Source of the DNA: Candidatus Kuenenia stuttgartensis
Lineage (GTDB): Bacteria; Planctomycetota; Planctomycetia; Pirellulales; UBA1268
Direction: 5' to 3'
Assembly: GCA_945891385.1 (NCBI GenBank)
Contig: CAMDDJ010000012.1
Coordinates: 1,940 to 65,939 of the forward strand
DNA: 64,000 nucleotides
Part shown: positions 61,031 through 64,000 of the stretch, in pieces
Layout: every line of letters starts with the position of its first letter
How positions within the stretch are numbered: the first letter of the stretch is position 1
Program-made: the position numbers and the translations under genes
Notes under the pieces: model-generated
What the model was told of the DNA's origin: nothing
Seen by the model: the letters and a program-made list of their open reading frames with translations, nothing else
Databases searched by the model: none

Positions 61031-64000
61031 ATGGACGTCCTTCGCGTCCTGCTCTGCGTGGGCCTAGGACTCCTGCTCTGGCGGTGGCAGATCCGCGGGA
61101 TGCGGCCGATCCGTGATGCCTTCACGTGGGGGGTCGACCATCCGTTTCATTTCCTCCTGACCGCCGGGCTAACGCTCGTGATCTGGGGGGTGGTGGGCGC
61201 CGGATTCGGCCTGCAGGGGCTGTTCCTGGGTGAGGATCCCCTCACCCAGGTGTTGCTCGGCGCGACGGTGATGATGCTGATCGCGGCGATCATCATGCAC
61301 TCGGTCGCCATCCACACCTCGCGGCGGGGCTGGTGGGCGACCCTCCGCTCGGTCGCTGCCTTGCTCCGCGGGGTCAACAAGGTCGGGAATCCCGCCCGGC
61401 CGGTGCAGGGAATCCTCGCCAACGGGCTGTTGGACCAGTTGACCCCAGCCGACATCGACTCGCTCGAGCGGGCCGCGCGATTGTCCGAGGGGCCTGACTC
61501 GGGCCGTGCCCTGCCTGCCGCGCTGCGTGGAGAGCTCGAGAGCGAGTTCTTCCGGATCCTCTTCGCACCGGCGATCCTCCTCGGCAAGGAATCCGGGTTC
61601 GTCTTTCTCGTAGGAGTCGTGCCGGCCCTCGTGATGCCGCTCGTAGCCGGTGACCTGCCAGGCTGGCGTGAGCGACTTCCGTGGCTGGTGGGGGTCTGCC
61701 TGGGGGCCGTCCTCAGCGTCATCCTCGGCTGTTGGACAACCGCCTGGATCGCCGCGGCCGCAGGCTGGCAGGAACGACATGAGGCGTTGCTTCGCGCGCT
61801 CCGTCGCTGGGCCGCCGAATTGCTGCCGCCGGACAGTGCGGCCGCTCCGGCAGCGCGGGCGGCGGTGCCTGTCTGGTATGTCCTGCTGGCCTGTTTCTTC
61901 GCGATCCACGCGATCGTAACCCTCGCCCTGCCCGACTTCGTGACCGCCCGCTGGATCGACTGGCCGGAGCGGACGATCGTCACGACGACGGCGCACGGCG
62001 GCCCGAGCGTCGTCGAGCGGATTCGGCAGGCGCCGTGGCTCCCGCTGGGCGTCATCGGGGGCGAGGCGGTCGCAGCAGCGCTGCTCGTCGCCGGGCTGGC
62101 GCGCTTTCCAGGGTTGATCTGGCCGGATGCCATGGCGGCCCTCGCCACCCGCACCCGCACGATGCTCGGACGCGGAGTCGGGCTCGTCCTGCACGGGCTC
62201 GAGTCGGTCTGGCTGCGGCGGCTTGCCCTGCTGGCCGCGGTGGCCTTGGCGGTTTTGTCGCTGGCCATCACGATCGGACTGGCGCCGGAGTCGACGCGAT
62301 CAGTGTGGCTCGGGCTGCGGGGCTACGCCTCCCTGGGCGCCGTGCTCGTCTGCTGGCTCGGGATCTTCTGGCTGGCGACGCACGCCGCGGCGGGGACCGG
62401 CCTGCGGACGCCCCGAGAGCAGTGGGCGGCGGTCCTTGGCCTCGCCACGCTCGGGGGGCTGCATCTCTTAGAAACTCCGGCTTGGATCACGGCGCCGCTG
62501 GCGATTCTGGCCGTGGCGGTGTCGGGGTCGCGGACGGTGGCCGGACTGGGTCCTGCGGCCGCCGCCGCCCGGCTGCGACCGGCATTCGCCCTGGGCATCA
62601 CCGCGGTGGGAACGGCAACGCTCATCGCAGCGTCGCGATTGGGAGCCGTCGCCGAGGCGACCGGGGTTTGGCTCGGGCTCGCGGTCTTGGTCCTCGGTTC
62701 CACGGCCTTGTCGCGGGTGGCAGCGCGGGAGCCGGCGATGCTCTATCCCGCGACCGTGCTCCTCGGATACGCCGCCTTCGCCCTGCCGTACGCGGGGCTC
62801 GACGAGCGGTGGCAGTCGGCGATGCCGGCGGCAGGTTCGCTCGCCTGCGTGGTCGCGCTCGTCGCGGCGGTGTATTCCCTGATCCGTTTCCTGCAGCCCC
62901 GCGGAGTGCTCGTGACGACCCTCGGCCTCGGGGCCCTCACGCTCCTGCTCAACGGCACCGCCCTGTTCATCGCCCCGAACGAGTTCAAGGGGGGCTTTCC
63001 CGGCATGGGGCCCTATTACCAGCTGCCTGTCTATCTCGACTCCCGCGATTACTTCCGTGAGACCACCCCCACCACCGCGAAATTGCGAAACCGAGCGGTC
63101 ACCGAAGACTTCGACCGCCTGGCGGGGCAGGGTGCGAGCGAGCGGCTGGCGACGGTGTTCTTCACGATGCAGCCGCTCCAGCCCACGGCAGCTGGCGGCC
63201 AGACGATTTCGCTGGACGTCGAAGACCCGCGCCGGAGGCTCCGAGCCGTTCCGGGGGACGGCATTCGCCTCGCCGCCGAGGAATGGTTCACGGTCCGCAT
63301 CGACGGCGACGACTGCGTGGCCTTGGCCGAAGAGCCATTTTACAGGCGGATTTTTCCCTGGTTTCGCTACGAGCTCCTCCACACGATCCGCGACGGCATC
63401 ATTCGCGGCCCTGCGATTCCGCTGGTGGACGCCGACGCGCCGCCGGTGCTGGAGCGACCGGGCGTGGAGCCACCGACGCGGTATCGCTTCGTGCGCGATG
63501 GTGATCCTGCTGATAAAGAGGTCGAACTGGGCCTGCGGCTCGAGGGGCTCGCGGCGGTCTATCGCAAGGCCGACGCCGACTACGCGCTGATCGCGTTCAA
63601 CTGGACCGGTCGCGTGACCTCGGTCCGACACGATTCGGGGCGAGACGTCTATCGCGTGGTGTTCGAGATCCCGGCCGGCTCCAGCCCGTTGGATGCCGCG
63701 CAGCTTCAGACGATGGCCTCGTGGATGGAGCGGTGCCATCTCGACACCCTGCGGCCCTCGCAATCCATCACCGCCGTCGCCGCCGACCGGTTGGCCGGGC
63801 CGGTCGCCGCCGCCGCTGCGGGAGCGGGAGACTGTCTGGTGCTTGACGACGTCCGCGCCGAGGCGGCCGTGCCGGCAGGGGTGTTTCTCGCGCGAGCGGC
63901 CGACCCCGCCGGCTACGATCCCGCCTTCCGTCCCTTCTGGCCGACGATGTCGTCCATGCGGCGGGCGATCGACGCGGCCAGAGGGCCTACTCCGCCGCCG
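61031..64000 (+). CDS. Large polytopic membrane protein of unknown function (>989 aa, open at window end)
   Basis: Not in the ORF track because it has no stop in the window. I read the frame from ATG 61031 (MDVLRVLLCVGLGLLLWRW...) to 64000 without a stop. It has about 15 hydrophobic helices up to ~nt 62990, then a soluble domain (…FRETTPTTAKLRNRAVTEDFDRL…RYRFVRDGDPADKEVELGLRLEG…). Track ORFs 61147-62271(-), 62035-63060(+) and 62468-63763(-) are Arg/Pro-rich shadow frames. Confidence 0.65.
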   Translation, partial: MDVLRVLLCVGLGLLLWRWQIRGMRPIRDAFTWGVDHPFHFLLTAGLTLVIWGVVGAGFGLQGLFLGEDPLTQVLLGATVMMLIAAIIMHSVAIHTSRRGWWATLRSVAALLRGVNKVGNPARPVQGILANGLLDQLTPADIDSLERAARLSEGPDSGRALPAALRGELESEFFRILFAPAILLGKESGFVFLVGVVPALVMPLVAGDLPGWRERLPWLVGVCLGAVLSVILGCWTTAWIAAAAGWQERHEALLRALRRWAAELLPPDSAAAPAARAAVPVWYVLLACFFAIHAIVTLALPDFVTARWIDWPERTIVTTTAHGGPSVVERIRQAPWLPLGVIGGEAVAAALLVAGLARFPGLIWPDAMAALATRTRTMLGRGVGLVLHGLESVWLRRLALLAAVALAVLSLAITIGLAPESTRSVWLGLRGYASLGAVLVCWLGIFWLATHAAAGTGLRTPREQWAAVLGLATLGGLHLLETPAWITAPLAILAVAVSGSRTVAGLGPAAAAARLRPAFALGITAVGTATLIAASRLGAVAEATGVWLGLAVLVLGSTALSRVAAREPAMLYPATVLLGYAAFALPYAGLDERWQSAMPAAGSLACVVALVAAVYSLIRFLQPRGVLVTTLGLGALTLLLNGTALFIAPNEFKGGFPGMGPYYQLPVYLDSRDYFRETTPTTAKLRNRAVTEDFDRLAGQGASERLATVFFTMQPLQPTAAGGQTISLDVEDPRRRLRAVPGDGIRLAAEEWFTVRIDGDDCVALAEEPFYRRIFPWFRYELLHTIRDGIIRGPAIPLVDADAPPVLERPGVEPPTRYRFVRDGDPADKEVELGLRLEGLAAVYRKADADYALIAFNWTGRVTSVRHDSGRDVYRVVFEIPAGSSPLDAAQLQTMASWMERCHLDTLRPSQSITAVAADRLAGPVAAAAAGAGDCLVLDDVRAEAAVPAGVFLARAADPAGYDPAFRPFWPTMSSMRRAIDAARGPTPPP

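Overview
This is a very GC-rich bacterial chromosomal segment; by eye, third codon positions are almost always G/C. The gene content looks like Planctomycetota. That call is an inference from several cues: H4MPT-linked C1 genes, an rsmH gene with no dcw neighbours, 'LERRLVLA'-type N-termini, giant exported proteins and a PEP-CTERM tail. No database search was possible, and start codons are my best reading (GTG starts occur).

I can support about 55 features:
- Translation and housekeeping: FHA-rsgA-hflX operon, RNase P RNA (rnpB) and later rnpA-yidD, ppk1, a DnaJ-like gene, fabI, tRNA-Lys(CUU), an RluA-family synthase and suhB.
- H4MPT-linked genes: mch, a PTPS-like gene and a CitG-like gene, interrupted by a DtxR-family regulator.
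- Signalling: a complete chemotaxis cluster (cheY-cheD-cheC-cheA-cheR-mcp-cheW with divergent cheB), a Ser/Thr kinase and a LuxR-type response regulator.
- Envelope and membrane: a GT2/GT-C fusion glycosyltransferase and an AI-2E transporter.
- A Rad50/YhaN-like ATPase with a degenerate Mre11/SbcD-like partner.
- Two giant, translationally coupled envelope proteins (1112 + 1951 aa), followed by an HExxH protein.
- A lipid operon (MBL-plsC-cdsA).
- A small lower-GC islet with a toxin-antitoxin-like nucleotidyltransferase pair and a PEP-CTERM remnant.
- A 1327-aa S8 protease with 5 PPC repeats, a LysM protein and rsmH.
- Two ORFs open at the window edges and therefore missing from the ORF track: hflX at 1-468 (-) and a polytopic membrane protein of more than 989 aa at 61031-64000 (+).

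Most other long ORFs in the track are antisense shadow ORFs caused by the GC content.

Most noteworthy:
1. The giant three-module envelope locus at 36986-47409 has no recognisable family signature.
2. A structured ~80-100 bp palindromic repeat family occurs at five intergenic loci, always right after stop codons, including a 2.7-unit tandem array.
3. The SMC-like ATPase has a mid-coil transmembrane hairpin and is paired with a pseudo-nuclease.

No CRISPR array, rRNA, transposase or prophage genes were seen.
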